Part shown: positions 62,377 through 64,000 of the stretch, one piece after another
Position numbering within the stretch: the first letter of the stretch is position 1
Layout: every line of letters begins with the position of its first letter
DNA from: Amoebophrya sp. A120
Lineage: Eukaryota; Protista; Dinoflagellata
DNA length: 64,000 nucleotides
Assembly (NCBI GenBank): GCA_905178155.1
Contig: CAJINV010000006.1
Location: forward strand, 1,179,876-1,243,875
Direction: 5' to 3'
Position numbers and translations under genes: made by a program
The notes under the pieces: generated by a model
What the model was told of the DNA's origin: nothing
Databases searched by the model: none
Seen by the model: the letters and a program-made list of their open reading frames with translations, nothing else

Positions 62377-63418
62377 TTGCTACCTGACGAAGAAGCCGGC
62401 GTCGAAAATCGGATGGGAGAATTTTTGGAGCAACAAGCAACAGCTGGTCTTCCTACCAGCACGATGGTAACTACATTCGCACTGCCACACTACGGGATGC
62501 CAAATTCCCAACCTCGCGTTGCCGCTGCCACTGCCACTGTCGCTCCGGCGCGAATGGTACAGGTGGATCAATATCACAACCGTCCGTTGGTCGCTGTCCA
62601 CCCTTCCGCCCCGTTTCCGGTTTTTCCTGGATCTGTTGTCGCAGGTGGAGTTGCTCCCATGTCATCTTCTACCACTGCACCAGGTGGCCCCCCTGTGGCC
62701 ACCCCCGCCCCCGGTCAAGTACAAGTACAACGAGCGCAGCCTGCTCCACCTGCCAAACAAACTCCAGCCGAGCGTTTTGCGGTCCTTCCCCAAGCGGAAA
62801 TTGTGCAGCTGGTGAAATCAGTGGGGAACGGGGGTGCCACGTACAAGATCGCGGATGGTATTACGGACTCGAAAGTTCTAAAGCCCCGTCTGGTTGAAAA
62901 TCAAGTTCATGGACGGCGCATGGTGCGTAGACTACTTGAACACAGGGACAGGGCTGAAAGTGAGTATTTGAAAATTTCAAAAAACTGTAAAACTAAAAGC
63001 GTAAAAAAGCCCGGCACGATGCAAATGCATATGCAAGTACTATCTTGCATTTTTTTGTTCATAATCCTCCATTTTATAGTGCTAAGTCGCCCATTGCGAT
63101 TCACATTCATCCCAAGTGACCCACTTGGACTCGCGTGCTACACACTGTCAAAGAAGTTGCACCCAACACCAGACGGCTCTTTTTCTTTTGCCCAGAATAG
63201 GAGATGACGACGCTGACCCAGCAGCCCAAAAGCGTTCGGCCGTGTTCTTTTTCACGCGCGAGGATGGCAAAACCGAAAAGCGGCCTTATAGGAAAGGCAC
63301 CACGAACCTACGACCGGGAGCAGACTACACGTTGCTCGCAGACGGACACCTGGCTTTTTTTCTCGACATAAGCAGCGGAAATGTGTCTCGGTCATGTTCA
63401 GGAAAAAGATATATTTAG
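62377..63418 (+). CDS. Hypothetical Pro/Ala-rich protein, two exons (intron ~62960-63201)
   Basis: Long ORF. GTGAGT donor and AATAG acceptor join AE-RDDDADPAAQKRS in frame. Start codon uncertain. Confidence 0.55.
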
Positions 63419-64000
63419 AAAAGGGCCGAACGATGGCGCTTATTTGTGTCTTCAAGTTGGCTGTGGTGACGAGGAGCAGACAGACGCAAAAACAGGATAT
63501 GTGTTTGATAGAAGACCTCGCACATCATCTACTATTTGGCACATGTCATTCTCATTGTTAGTAGTACGGGACAAGAACAAGTTGGATTTTGGCATGACAC
63601 GCAAGAGCAGATTTGCTACTTGCGATGACGCAGCACAGACTTCACTTTTTGACGCTTCCCGTCAGGCAGTACAGATCCAGACATATTTGCGCAGCATACG
63701 ACAGCACGAACGAGAATATCAGATTGCGCAATCCCCCTCTCCTTCGTATTCAGTTGGCATGAAGAACAGCTGCAACTATTCGCGGCACTACCGTGCTAGA
63801 GCTGCGCCGCAAGGACAGATGGATCCACAAGCGGATCGTATAAATTTCATTTCTTGGTCCTCGCATCAGCAACTCGCCCTGTAATTATGTAGCGCGCGTG
63901 CGTGTGGACCCGTTCCCAACTATTATGCATGACAACTGAACAAGGGGAGCGGGTGTTGTGCGTTTTCATACGCCACAATCACGTCATCAAGCCTTTCTCT

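Overview
Eukaryotic, intron-rich DNA. The architecture resembles the introner-invaded genomes described for the syndinean parasite Amoebophrya; this taxonomy is inference only. The window holds two diverged copies of one segment in tandem (copy 1 ~670-33,570; copy 2 ~36,390-62,200). Throughout are dozens of short non-autonomous TIR elements from several families. Nearly all start TAT and end ATA, carry 5-bp (rarely 6-bp) target duplications, and many repeat a shared motif, TTGTnATGC/GCATnACAA. About 19 are present in only one copy, and 18 have an identifiable empty site in the other. Removing each element plus one TSD copy restores reading frames and reveals (i) a 26S proteasome lid subunit Rpn9/PSMD13 gene split by at least 13 such elements, with a truncated second copy, and (ii) a >=1,600-codon modular gene with four copies of an unrecognised Trp-rich domain, reduced to one module in copy 2. 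Also present: a 1.62-kb foldback element with a palindrome at its centre, an element whose interior is inverted between the copies, a Helitron-like insertion nested in an introner, templated-insertion deletion junctions, a poly-Gly expansion and a PAN/apple-like ORF. No transposase ORF, RNA gene or CRISPR array was recognised. Most short ORFs in the track are spurious.
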